This document shows positions 1 through 9,016 of a stretch of 64,000 bases of DNA, piece after piece. Location: the NCBI RefSeq assembly GCF_027531905.1, contig NZ_JAPZSU010000014.1, positions 24,881 through 88,880 of the forward strand, read 5' to 3'. The notes beneath the pieces are model-generated. The model had not been told where the DNA came from, did not search any database, and was given only the letters and a program-made list of their open reading frames with translations. Source of the stretch: Flavobacterium sp. (GTDB lineage: Bacteria > Bacteroidota > Bacteroidia > Flavobacteriales > Flavobacteriaceae). Made by a program: the position numbers and the translations under genes. How positions within the stretch are numbered: position 1 is the stretch's first letter; each line of letters starts with the position of its first letter.

Positions 1-76
1 TTTCGTTTTTGAAACTTAAGCTCAAAAAGGCAATAATACCTAGTAAACCTAAGAAAAAATACCATCTCTTTATCAT
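1..76 (-). CDS. 5' end of a secreted/membrane-anchored protein running off the left edge (MIKRWYFFLGLLGIIAFLSLSFKNE...)
   Basis: Manual translation from ATG at 76; basic N-terminus plus hydrophobic stretch; TATCTTTG -7 element at 123-130 on the minus strand. Confidence 0.55.
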   Translation of the reverse strand, partial: MIKRWYFFLGLLGIIAFLSLSFKNE

Positions 77-173
77 AAATTGAATTTCTTCACACGCTGT
101 CACCCTGTGAAATTTCTATGCGCAAAGATACCACTTTAAAAAAGGAGACTGAAAAACAGTGAGTTAAAAATTG

Positions 174-1103
174 TTAAAAGTAAAAGGTGTGTGCCTTAAA
201 ACCAGTGTGAGTGCTATATGACAAAGTTGGAGCAGGTACTTTTATGGTGTTAAAAACCGAAAAAAGGGTCTTTAGAAAAGAATTTTTAGTAGTAATTTTC
301 GTTAGATCAACATCAAAACTGAGATAAAACTGTCTGTATCGCTGATCTGTTGGATCAATTCCTGAGCGCATCCCGTCAGCGCCGTATCCAAATGCTAGGT
401 TCAACCATTTTGGAATTTTAGACCCTTTAAAAAAAGAATGCATATTGACCGATAACCAATAGGTTTGTCCATTGTAATCTTTAAGCAACTGCTCTGAAAA
501 AGTACTGCCTAATTTATTGGGATTTTGTGCTGCAAATGAAGTCGTGTGAAAAGAAAACTTTGGGGTAATTCGTTGTTCCTTCCAAAGCAACTCTTGCGAA
601 ACGTAAAGTCCAGTTCCAAGTGCATTGGCCACAATATCACCAGATGAAGCTCCCCATTCAGCAGAAAAGCCATCCATCATTTCAACTATAGACAAAAAGG
701 CAAATCCTAAAGTAGCGCCATAAATCAGTTGATCTTGTTTCCGAACACCACTCCATTGCAAAGCTTCGGAACCAAAACGTCCCAAATGATAAGCAGAATA
801 TAAATGTCCTATTTTGTCCATCTGCAACCACTCGGCATTGTCGTTAATAAAGTGAAAATTTGATTTAGGATAATCCGCGTACCAGAGTTGATTCAGTCCC
901 ACCAAAGTAGCACCTCCCAACACCGTTTCGGTAATGATAACAGCGTTTCTTCTTTGAATATTTAAAGAATCGGATGGGGTAAAAAAAGAGTTTGGAGCCT
1001 CTTGTGCAAAAAGCCCAAAAGTGCTCCAAAAAAAAAGTAGCAATCGAAACATCGTATTTCGAAAGGAAATGATTATCGTTTTACACCTTGATTGTTGATC
1101 CAA
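174..1103 (-). CDS. DUF2279/YfiM-family protein (true start may be ATG 1052)
   Basis: EWLQMDKIGH, EMMDGFSAEWGAS.GD..AN, LLKDYNGQTYWLS motifs; conserved position downstream of mltG. Confidence 0.8.
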   Translation of the reverse strand: MDQQSRCKTIIISFRNTMFRLLLFFWSTFGLFAQEAPNSFFTPSDSLNIQRRNAVIITETVLGGATLVGLNQLWYADYPKSNFHFINDNAEWLQMDKIGHLYSAYHLGRFGSEALQWSGVRKQDQLIYGATLGFAFLSIVEMMDGFSAEWGASSGDIVANALGTGLYVSQELLWKEQRITPKFSFHTTSFAAQNPNKLGSTFSEQLLKDYNGQTYWLSVNMHSFFKGSKIPKWLNLAFGYGADGMRSGIDPTDQRYRQFYLSFDVDLTKITTKNSFLKTLFSVFNTIKVPAPTLSYSTHTGFKAHTFYF

Positions 1104-2113
1104 TCTGAATACTTTTTAGCATTAACATTATGTTCTGGCAACGTGGCTGCAAACTCATGATATCCAAAACGATCTACACTAGCACAAAAATAAAGGTAAT
1201 TGTGTTTTTCGGGTGCCAAAACCGCTTCGAGTGCCGTGATATCAGGCATAGCAATTGGACCTGGAGGCAAGCCAATATTCTTATAGGTATTGTAAGGCGA
1301 ATTCAAGAACAAATCATTGTAAAAGACGCGTTTTATCACTTGATTAAAATCATTGCTTTTCTTTTTTAAGGCAAAAATCACTGTAGGATCTGCTTGTAAA
1401 GGCATTTCTTGCTTCAAACGGTTCAAATAGACTCCTGCGATACGAGGTCTTTCGTCTTTTTTAACCGATTCTTTATGAACAATAGAAGCTAAAATCGTTG
1501 CTGTAACAGGAGTTAAACCTTGTTGAGCCGCTTGTTGGGTTCTTTTTTCATTCCAAAAAGTACGGTATTCTTTGATCATTTTATCACGGAACTTTTCAGC
1601 TGTAATATTCCAATATACTTCATAAGTATTGGCAATAAACATTACAAAAACATTATCCTCTGTAAAACCGTTTTCTTTAAGAAAAGTAGAATCTTTGAAC
1701 GTAGTCAATAATGACAAACTATCTGGTTCGATTTGTGAGCCCACACGACCTGCTAAGTTTTCTAAACGCTCTTGGTTGTTGAAAGCCAATTTCACAGGTT
1801 CATTGATTCGCATGGTTTTTACCAAATCATAACTACTCATTCCGTTTTTAAGTAAAAATCGTCCTGACTTCACATTTTCTGGATAACTCGTTTTCCCAGC
1901 TACCAATTCAAATCGTTGCATGTCTTCAACATAAGGTGAAATGAGTTTTTTGACTGCCTCATAATCAGAACCCGTTGGAACATAAACGTATACTTTCTCT
2001 TCTGTGAATTTAGTATTGACACTAAAAATTTGACGAATCAATACAAAACCGTACACTAATAACACAGCGGCAACTACTACAGCTCCGATTGAAATGATTT
2101 TTTTTACGTTCAA
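1073..2113 (-). CDS. mltG: Endolytic transglycosylase MltG (YceG family)
   Basis: N-terminal TM anchor; LASIVHKES, IAGVYLNRL, PLQADPTV, SPYNTY..GLPPGPI motifs. Confidence 0.95.
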   Translation of the reverse strand: MNVKKIISIGAVVVAAVLLVYGFVLIRQIFSVNTKFTEEKVYVYVPTGSDYEAVKKLISPYVEDMQRFELVAGKTSYPENVKSGRFLLKNGMSSYDLVKTMRINEPVKLAFNNQERLENLAGRVGSQIEPDSLSLLTTFKDSTFLKENGFTEDNVFVMFIANTYEVYWNITAEKFRDKMIKEYRTFWNEKRTQQAAQQGLTPVTATILASIVHKESVKKDERPRIAGVYLNRLKQEMPLQADPTVIFALKKKSNDFNQVIKRVFYNDLFLNSPYNTYKNIGLPPGPIAMPDITALEAVLAPEKHNYLYFCASVDRFGYHEFAATLPEHNVNAKKYSDWINNQGVKR

Positions 2114-2124
2114 AATATAAAACT

Positions 2125-2661
2125 TTAAAATTTATGATTAATTAACTGAAAGATAGCCTCGTCTTTGTAAGAACCATTTACTAAAATCCAATCTTTTTTT
2201 GTTCCAATTTTTTCGAAGCCAAATTTAGTAAAAAGAGCAATACTAGCGGTGTTTTCAACGCTTATATTTGCATAAAGCTGATGTAAATTCAAGTCATAAA
2301 AAGAATACCGAATCAAAAGTTCTAAAGCTTCAGAACCTATTTGCTGATTTCTATTTCCTGCTGACTGAATAACGATTCCAATGCCTGCTTTATTATTTTT
2401 GGGGTCAAATTCAAACAAATCAATGAGTCCAACAGCAGGAAAATCTTGGTCTTTACATATCGCTAATCGCAATTGCTTAGCTTCGTAAATATCTTGGTGC
2501 GCATTTTCTAAATACTGCTTGACCAAGAAGCGACTGTAGGGCGTTTGCGTATTGCTCACTTCCCAAATACTTTGGTCGTTTTCCATAGCATATACAAACT
2601 CCAAGTCATTGGGTTCTAAAGCTCGTAAATAAATGGTATTCCCTTTTAATGTATTCATCAA
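2125..2661 (-). CDS. GNAT N-acetyltransferase (RimL/SpeG-like)
   Basis: IYLRALEPND start, GIGIVI, LNLHQLYANI, N.ASIALF.K.GF motifs. Confidence 0.85.
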   Translation of the reverse strand: MMNTLKGNTIYLRALEPNDLEFVYAMENDQSIWEVSNTQTPYSRFLVKQYLENAHQDIYEAKQLRLAICKDQDFPAVGLIDLFEFDPKNNKAGIGIVIQSAGNRNQQIGSEALELLIRYSFYDLNLHQLYANISVENTASIALFTKFGFEKIGTKKDWILVNGSYKDEAIFQLINHKF

Positions 2662-2674
2662 GATGTTAGAATAA

Positions 2675-3457
2675 TTAGATTTCGATTTGGCCTTTGAAGA
2701 CGAATTGAGCAGGTCCTTTTAAGAATACATTGGTATACTGACCTCCTAATTGCTCAAAAGACACTTCAAGCTTTCCTCCTTCTACCTTCAAATGAATCGC
2801 ATTAGAAGCGGTAACTCCCGTTGCATTCATAGCTATTGCAACTGCTGTAACCCCTGTACCACAAGCCAAAGTTTCATCTTCTACACCGCGTTCGTATGTG
2901 CGAACTACAAACGTATCTTCATTTATTTGAGAAACAAAATTGACATTACTACCCGCCTTGCCGTACAAATCACTGTAACGAATTGCTGCACCATTTTCCT
3001 TTACATTATAATGTTCAAGGTCATCTACAATTTGAACGTGATGAGGCGATCCTGTATTCAAAAAAGAAAATTCAGGCGTGATTTTTAATTCATTTACATC
3101 GATCATCTGCAAGGAAACCAATCCATCTGGAGCAACAGTAGCATGATGTAGCCCATCTGTAGCAATAAAAGTTGTGGCATTCTCAATTACATTCAATTGT
3201 TTTGCAAAAGCCACTAAGCAACGGCCTCCGTTTCCACACATCGAACTTTCATTCCCATCAGAATTATAGTAAACCATACGGAAATCCGTATCGTTATCAT
3301 TTTCGAGTAAAATCAAACCATCCGCACCAATTCCAAATCGTCTATCGCATAAACGCTCTATTAGCACAACATCCTCTTTAGGAAAAAAAAGAGAACGATT
3401 ATCAATCATCACAAAATCGTTTCCTGTTCCTTGGTACTTATAAAAATCTAGTAGCAT
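2675..3457 (-). CDS. dapF: Diaminopimelate epimerase
   Basis: KYQGTGNDF, MCGNGGRC, NTGSPHHV, RTYERGVEDETLACGTG. Confidence 0.97.
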   Translation of the reverse strand: MLLDFYKYQGTGNDFVMIDNRSLFFPKEDVVLIERLCDRRFGIGADGLILLENDNDTDFRMVYYNSDGNESSMCGNGGRCLVAFAKQLNVIENATTFIATDGLHHATVAPDGLVSLQMIDVNELKITPEFSFLNTGSPHHVQIVDDLEHYNVKENGAAIRYSDLYGKAGSNVNFVSQINEDTFVVRTYERGVEDETLACGTGVTAVAIAMNATGVTASNAIHLKVEGGKLEVSFEQLGGQYTNVFLKGPAQFVFKGQIEI

Positions 3458-3476
3458 TTTTAGTAATTTTAATGCA

Positions 3477-3561
3477 CAAAAGTACGATTAATAATGAAAA
3501 GTTAAACACTGTTAAAGTGCGTTAAACTACTTTTTTAGTAAAAAGACATCTATTAAATTTG
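3477..3561. promoter_or_regulatory. Divergent dapF/htrA promoters with three phased GTTAAA repeats (3501, 3511, 3521)
   Basis: TACTTTTG on minus at 3477-3484; TAAATTTG on plus at 3554-3561; exact 10-bp period of GTTAAA. Confidence 0.6.
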
Positions 3562-3593
3562 TGACCAAATAACTAATAAAACTAAATTGTATT

Positions 3594-4994
3594 ATGAAAA
3601 AATTTTCATCCTTATTTTTGGTATCGTTGCTTAGTGGTGCTACCACTTTGGGAGCTTACAAGCTTTTATTTGAGGGCAATGGGTATTTTTCTAATGACAA
3701 AAAAGGCATTGTAACAGTCGCATCAGAAAATTACGGAAGAAATGTAGGTCTCTCAGCAGAAGCAGTCGATTTTACTGAAGCAGCTGACAAAGCCGTTCAC
3801 TCAGTAGTTCACGTAAAAAATGTATCTCGTAGAACCGTAAGTAATCCTATTATGGAATTTTTCTACGGCTATGGAGGCGGACAATTACAAGAACAAGTAG
3901 GAACAGGTTCAGGAGTAATTATTTCTGAAGATGGCTATATCGTAACGAATAATCACGTAATCAAAGACGCTTCAGAAATCGAAATCACACTAAACAATAA
4001 AAAGACCTATCCTGCCAAATTAATCGGAACCGATTCTAAAATGGATATCGCTTTATTGAAAATCACTGCCGATGAGAAATTGCCTTATACGGTTTTTGCT
4101 AACTCTGATAACGTAAAAGTAGGTGAATGGGTTTTGGCTGTTGGTAATCCTTACAACTTAAACTCAACAGTAACTGCAGGAATCGTTTCCGCCAAAGCTA
4201 GAAACTTAGACGCAAGAGGCATACAGTCGTTTATTCAAACCGATGCCGCTGTAAATCCAGGAAATTCAGGTGGTGCGTTGGTAAATGCAAGAGGAGAATT
4301 AATCGGAATCAATACGATGATTTCTTCACCAACTGGAAGTTATACGGGTTATTCTTTTGCTGTACCTTCTAATAATGCTAGAAAAATCATTGAAGATTTA
4401 ATGGAATTTGGAAACGTACAACGAGGCATTCTTGGTGTAGAAGGTAGAGAATTGAATAGTCCAGCTTCTAAAGATTTGGGAATAAAAGAAACGGAAGGTT
4501 TTTACATCAATAAAGTAAGTAAAAACTCGGGAGCTGAAAAAGCAGGTTTACAAAAAGGAGACATCATCGTAAAAATTGACAATCAAAACATAGCGACATA
4601 TGCTGACTTGTCTGGATACATTAGTACCAAACGTCCTAACGACAAAGTGGCTGTCAACTATATTCGTGAGGGTAAAAACAAATCGACCACTGTAACCTTG
4701 AGTAAAAACGATTATTTCAGTTCAGAACTCAAAGGAATCGAGGTAGAAAATATTGATGCTGCCGACAAAAAGAAATTCAAAATTGATTATGGTGTAAAAA
4801 TCAAAGCCATCACCAATGAACGTTACCTACAATATGCCGATGAATTACAAGGCAATATCATTTTGAGTATCGACAATGTAAAAGCTACGAATGTAGAAAC
4901 TGTTTCAAAAATCATGAAAAACAAAGAGGAGCAACAAAGCATCCGAATAGAAATGATCAACCGAAATGGAGAAATTTTCAGAATAATTATCTAG
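3594..4994 (+). CDS. htrA: HtrA/DegP (Do family) serine protease with PDZ domain(s)
   Basis: GTGSGVIIS.DGYIVTNNHV (His), DIALLK (Asp), QTDAAVNPGNSGG (Ser), PDZ GLQKGDIIVKID. Confidence 0.95.
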   Translation: MKKFSSLFLVSLLSGATTLGAYKLLFEGNGYFSNDKKGIVTVASENYGRNVGLSAEAVDFTEAADKAVHSVVHVKNVSRRTVSNPIMEFFYGYGGGQLQEQVGTGSGVIISEDGYIVTNNHVIKDASEIEITLNNKKTYPAKLIGTDSKMDIALLKITADEKLPYTVFANSDNVKVGEWVLAVGNPYNLNSTVTAGIVSAKARNLDARGIQSFIQTDAAVNPGNSGGALVNARGELIGINTMISSPTGSYTGYSFAVPSNNARKIIEDLMEFGNVQRGILGVEGRELNSPASKDLGIKETEGFYINKVSKNSGAEKAGLQKGDIIVKIDNQNIATYADLSGYISTKRPNDKVAVNYIREGKNKSTTVTLSKNDYFSSELKGIEVENIDAADKKKFKIDYGVKIKAITNERYLQYADELQGNIILSIDNVKATNVETVSKIMKNKEEQQSIRIEMINRNGEIFRIII

Positions 4995-5016
4995 CACTAC
5001 ATAACAGAAATCCAAT

Positions 5017-5051
5017 AGCCATCACGCTCCAAAGCATGATGGCTTTTTTTT
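5017..5051 (+). terminator. Intrinsic terminator after htrA
   Basis: AGCCATCACGC-loop-GCATGATGGCT followed by a T run. Confidence 0.8.
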
Positions 5052-5073
5052 ATGAAAAAAAATCACAAAACAG

Positions 5074-5105
5074 TTTACGAAATCGATTGAAATAGGGTAC
5101 TTTTG
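5074..5105 (+). promoter_or_regulatory. gap promoter (-7 TACTTTTG 5098-5105) with upstream LacI-like site TTTACGAAATCGATTG
   Basis: Bacteroidota -7 consensus match; 13/16 identity to a site at 7327-7342 (minus). Confidence 0.5.
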
Positions 5106-5152
5106 CAAAAAATTTAAAAAACACAACTTTATTTTTTTACAAAAAAACCCAT

Positions 5153-6601
5153 ATGAGTACAACACAATTATACGAAAAAGAAGTTACGTTACAAGCCGAC
5201 AGAAGACGGTCTGGAGTAGAATTAATCAAGATTATTAGTGATTTGTGGTATGACAAATCCATCGAATTGGTTTTATTCAGAAACCATTTGATTGACAGAA
5301 ATGTGAGCGAAATTCTAAACTTGCACGAATATGCAGGAGAATTTGTTGGAAAACCCATTTCAATTTCTGATTCTGTAGAAATCGCTAGTGTAATTCTAAC
5401 TTTAGACTTACCGCCTTCTAAATTAGATATCGGAAAATTGACTTACGAATACGGTCTTTTGGACGAAAAATATCCAGACGCTAGACATTTTGTTATTGAC
5501 AAATTAAAAGAAGCCAAAACAAGTGATGAAATTCAACCAAAAGATGTTGTATTGTATGGCTTTGGACGTATCGGACGTTTATTAGCTCGTGAGTTGATGT
5601 CTAAAACAGGTAAAGGTGACCAAATGCGTTTGAGAGCCATTGTAACTCGAGATAAAAACGATGCTACTAGCTTAGAAAAAAGAGCTTCTTTATTGCGTTA
5701 CGATTCCATTCATGGCGATTTTAATGGTTCTGTTATTGCCGATCTAGCCAACAATGCTTTAATCATCAACGGGACCACCGTTCATATGATTACTGCCAAT
5801 ACTCCAGAAGAAATTGATTATACTATTTACAATATTAACAATGCCTTAGTAATCGACAACACGGGAGCATTCACTACTCAAGAAGCTTTGAGTCGTCACT
5901 TGACTTCAAAAGGAACCGATAAAGTATTGCTTACGGCACCAGGAAAAGGAATACCAAATATTGTTCATGGCGTAAACCAAAACGAATACAATCCAGACGA
6001 AGTGTCTATTTTTTCAGCGGCTTCTTGCACAACTAATGCCATCACTCCAATTTTGAAAGCCATCGAAGATACTTTAGGAGTTGTAAAAGGACATTTAGAA
6101 ACCATTCACGCTTACACCAACGATCAGAATTTGGTTGACAACATGCACAAAAAATACCGTCGTGGTAGAGCTGCTGCCTTAAATATGGTAATTACCGAAA
6201 CAGGTGCTGGTAGTGCGGTTGCCAAAGCCTTACCATCATTAGAAGGAAAATTAACTTCAAACGCGATTCGTGTTCCTGTTCCAAATGGTTCATTAGTAGT
6301 TTTGAATCTTGAAGTTAACAAAGCAACTTCTGTCGAAGGCATTAACAACATTATGAAAAAATACGCTTTAGAAGGCGAATTGGTAGAACAAATCAAATAC
6401 TCGTTGAACAACGAATTGGTTTCTTCGGATATTGTGGGCACTACAGCCCCTTCAATCTATGATAGCAATGCCACTATTGTTTCGAAAGACGGAAAAAACA
6501 TAGTATTGTACATTTGGTACGACAACGAATACGGCTATAGCCATCAAGTAATTCGTTTGGCCAAATACATTTCAAAAGTAAGACGTTATACTTACTATTA
6601 G
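5153..6601 (+). CDS. gap: Glyceraldehyde-3-phosphate dehydrogenase, long form with ~130-aa N-terminal extension
   Basis: GFGRIG NAD(P) motif, catalytic ASCTTNA, HAYTNDQ, AIRVPVPNGS, WYDNEYGY. Confidence 0.92.
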   Translation: MSTTQLYEKEVTLQADRRRSGVELIKIISDLWYDKSIELVLFRNHLIDRNVSEILNLHEYAGEFVGKPISISDSVEIASVILTLDLPPSKLDIGKLTYEYGLLDEKYPDARHFVIDKLKEAKTSDEIQPKDVVLYGFGRIGRLLARELMSKTGKGDQMRLRAIVTRDKNDATSLEKRASLLRYDSIHGDFNGSVIADLANNALIINGTTVHMITANTPEEIDYTIYNINNALVIDNTGAFTTQEALSRHLTSKGTDKVLLTAPGKGIPNIVHGVNQNEYNPDEVSIFSAASCTTNAITPILKAIEDTLGVVKGHLETIHAYTNDQNLVDNMHKKYRRGRAAALNMVITETGAGSAVAKALPSLEGKLTSNAIRVPVPNGSLVVLNLEVNKATSVEGINNIMKKYALEGELVEQIKYSLNNELVSSDIVGTTAPSIYDSNATIVSKDGKNIVLYIWYDNEYGYSHQVIRLAKYISKVRRYTYY

Positions 6602-6632
6602 TAGATAAAACCAACGTTAATTATAATTCAAC

Positions 6633-6668
6633 AAACCATCAAGAGGCAACTTTTGATGGTTTTTTTTT
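6633..6668 (+). terminator. Intrinsic terminator after gap
   Basis: AAACCATCAA...TTGATGGTTT stem plus long T run. Confidence 0.8.
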
Positions 6669-6714
6669 AACTAAGATGAAAGAAAGTAGCAATTCAACAA
6701 TACACAGTTAACTT

Positions 6715-6805
6715 AACCGCAAGGTTCGCAAAGATTTACGCAAAGTTCGCAAAGGCCAAGATAACAACTATAAACTACAAACAATAAACAATAAACAACA
6801 AACAA
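6715..6805. repeat. CGCAAAG x4 intergenic repeat followed by a degenerate heptamer (AYAAACW) microsatellite
   Basis: CGCAAGG/CGCAAAG at 6718, 6727, 6739, 6748; about six A(C/T)AAAC(A/T) units at ~6763-6805. Confidence 0.7.
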
Positions 6806-6809
6806 TTTT

Positions 6810-7274
6810 TTAAATCGGTAATACCGTTGTACTTTTCACTTCAGAGATGATAAAGAAACTATTGATCAAACTAACCTCGGTCAACACCGATAATTTCTTT
6901 TGATGAAAATGATGGTAACTTTCCATATCAGGCAAGACCACTTTTAGCAAATAATCAAAGCTACCCGAAACAAAATCACATTCCACTACTTCAGGTAAAT
7001 TTAGAATCGCTTCATTAAAGGCTTCCGAGATATCAAACGTTTGTTTTACAAGAGTAACTTGGCAAAAAACGGTCAAGTTCTTCCCTAACTTTTTCTTATT
7101 GAGCACCGTAACATATTTATCAATAACTCCCTCTTTTTCAAGACGTTTCACTCGGTCGTGAACTGGTGTTAAAGACAAATTAATTTGGTTTGCAATGTCT
7201 TTTAGCGTCAAATGCGCGTTCGCTTGCAAAAGCCGTAAGATTTTTTTGTCGGTTTCATCTATATTCATAATCAA
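6810..7274 (-). CDS. Lrp/AsnC family transcriptional regulator (AldR-like), divergent from ald
   Basis: DETDKKILRLLQ.NA, HTH LSLTPVHDRVKRLEKEGVI, VSGSFDYLLKV; divergent to ald. Confidence 0.93.
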   Translation of the reverse strand: MIMNIDETDKKILRLLQANAHLTLKDIANQINLSLTPVHDRVKRLEKEGVIDKYVTVLNKKKLGKNLTVFCQVTLVKQTFDISEAFNEAILNLPEVVECDFVSGSFDYLLKVVLPDMESYHHFHQKKLSVLTEVSLINSFFIISEVKSTTVLPI

Positions 7275-7468
7275 GGTATTTTTTCTAGATGGGATTCTTT
7301 AGATAATTTTTCTTTTTAAATCAGAAAAAACGTTTTCGTAAAGAAATATTTAATGCTAAATTACACAAATAAATTAATTTTTTCCTATTTAATGGTAGTA
7401 TGTAAAAACTTTTTCTTTTTAAATTACTTTTATACTTTCAAACAAGTAGTAATTTAAATCTCTCTCAT

Positions 7469-8599
7469 ATGATTATTGGTGTTCCAAAAGAAATCAAAAA
7501 TAACGAAAACCGCGTAGCTCTTACACCAGCTGGTGTAGCCGAATTCAAAAAACAAGGTCATACCGTATATGTACAAACCAATGCTGGAATCAACAGCGGT
7601 TTTGGGGATCAATCTTATATAGATGCAGGAGCATCCATTCTTCCAACTATCGAAGCAGTGTATGACATTGCTGAAATGATCATAAAAGTAAAAGAGCCAA
7701 TCGCTTCTGAATATCCTTTGATTAAAAAAGACCAATTATTATTCACTTATTTCCACTTTGCTTCTTCTGAGCCTTTAACACACGCAATGTTAGAGCGCGG
7801 AGCCGTTTGTTTGGCTTACGAAACGGTAGAAAAAGCAGATCGTAGCTTGCCTTTATTGGTGCCAATGTCTGAAGTAGCGGGACGTATGTCTATCCAAGAA
7901 GGAGCTAAATATTTAGAAAAACCAATGAAAGGAAAAGGAATCCTTTTAGGTGGTGTACCAGGTGTTCCTCCAGCGAACGTAGTAGTTTTAGGTGGTGGAA
8001 TCGTAGGAACTCAAGCTGCTAGAATGGCCGCTGGTTTCGGAGCAAGAGTAACCATTATGGACGTAAGCTTACCACGTTTGAGATATTTGTCTGATGTAAT
8101 GCCAGCTAACGTAGTAACTCAAATGTCAAATCATTACAACATTTGCGAAGCGGTAAAAACTGCCGATTTAGTAATTGGTGGTGTATTGATTCCAGGAGCG
8201 AAAGCGCCTCACTTAATCACTCGCGATATGCTAAAATTAATGAGCCCTGGAACCGTAGTAGTAGACGTAGCTGTTGACCAAGGAGGTTGTATCGAAACTT
8301 GTAAACCAACCACTCACGAAGACCCAACTTTCATCATTGATGATATTGTTCACTATTGTGTGGCCAATATGCCAGGTGCAGTGCCTTACACTTCAACTTT
8401 AGCGTTGACGAATGCGACTTTGCCTTACGCGATTCAATTGGCCAACAAAGGATGGAGAAAAGCCTGCGAAGAAAACAAAGAATTAAAATTAGGATTGAAC
8501 GTAGCCAACGGAAAAGTAGTATACCGTGGCGTTGCCGAAGCTTGGGATTTACCTTTGCACGAAGTAGAAAGCGTTCTAGCTGAAGAAGCTGTTTGCTAA
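7469..8599 (+). CDS. ald: Alanine dehydrogenase
   Basis: IGVPKEIKNNENRVALTP, LFTYFH, PMSEVAGRMS, GGGIVG, VDVAVDQGGC, HYCVANMPGAVP. Confidence 0.97.
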   Translation: MIIGVPKEIKNNENRVALTPAGVAEFKKQGHTVYVQTNAGINSGFGDQSYIDAGASILPTIEAVYDIAEMIIKVKEPIASEYPLIKKDQLLFTYFHFASSEPLTHAMLERGAVCLAYETVEKADRSLPLLVPMSEVAGRMSIQEGAKYLEKPMKGKGILLGGVPGVPPANVVVLGGGIVGTQAARMAAGFGARVTIMDVSLPRLRYLSDVMPANVVTQMSNHYNICEAVKTADLVIGGVLIPGAKAPHLITRDMLKLMSPGTVVVDVAVDQGGCIETCKPTTHEDPTFIIDDIVHYCVANMPGAVPYTSTLALTNATLPYAIQLANKGWRKACEENKELKLGLNVANGKVVYRGVAEAWDLPLHEVESVLAEEAVC

Positions 8600-8619
8600 T
8601 TCCTTTTTACAATACATAC

Positions 8620-8657
8620 AAAATCCGTCTCGTTGCAAAACCAGACGGATTTTTTTT
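8620..8657 (+). terminator. Intrinsic terminator after ald (probably bidirectional)
   Basis: AAAATCCGTCT...AGACGGATTTT stem plus T run. Confidence 0.8.
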
Positions 8658-8660
8658 ATG

Positions 8661-8769
8661 CTTATTTTGGAGCGGAAAGAATAGGCTTTTTTGTGGTCAT
8701 CGTCCTGCTCTCCGCTATATCTTTGCTTTTTAACCCAAAAAGCAAAGGATGCCGCTGCGATCAGGGCTA
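8661..8769 (-). ncRNA. Flavo-1-like structured intergenic element, copy A (core 8703-8769)
   Basis: TAGCCCTGATCGCAGCGGCATC-CTTTGCTTTTT/AAAAAGCAAAG hairpin-GATATAGCGGAGAGCAGG; homologous to 12879-12988 with compensatory changes; Flavo-1 label from memory only. Confidence 0.55.
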
Positions 8770-8808
8770 AAAGCTGGAAATTGGCTTTCTTGGAGAGAAT
8801 TACAAAAA

Positions 8809-8946
8809 TTAGCTTTTATTATCTAGATACTTTACTACTTTCTTATAAAGTTTTACGACAAAATATACAATTGTAATTAGCAAAACTAAAACAAACAATT
8901 GCCATAAAAACAAACCTATACTTAAATCATTTATAGTTTTTTCCAT
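8809..8946 (-). CDS. Small single-TM protein, 45 aa, not in ORF track (MEKTINDLSIGLFLWQLFVLVLLITIVYFVVKLYKKVVKYLDNKS)
   Basis: Manual translation ATG 8946 to TAA 8809; A-rich translation start; one clear TM helix plus basic tail. Confidence 0.75.
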   Translation of the reverse strand: MEKTINDLSIGLFLWQLFVLVLLITIVYFVVKLYKKVVKYLDNKS

Positions 8947-9016
8947 TTTTTAATCTACTTTTAGAACAGATAGTAATGCTCATCGTTTATTATTAATGAT
9001 TGCTAAAAGGATAACC

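Noticed and set aside
1028-1036. A9 run in the DUF2279 signal region, and T8 at 51070-51077 in the ABC permease
   Set aside because: Both genes are in frame, and 8-9-nt A/T runs are expected in this AT-rich genome; no evidence of switching.
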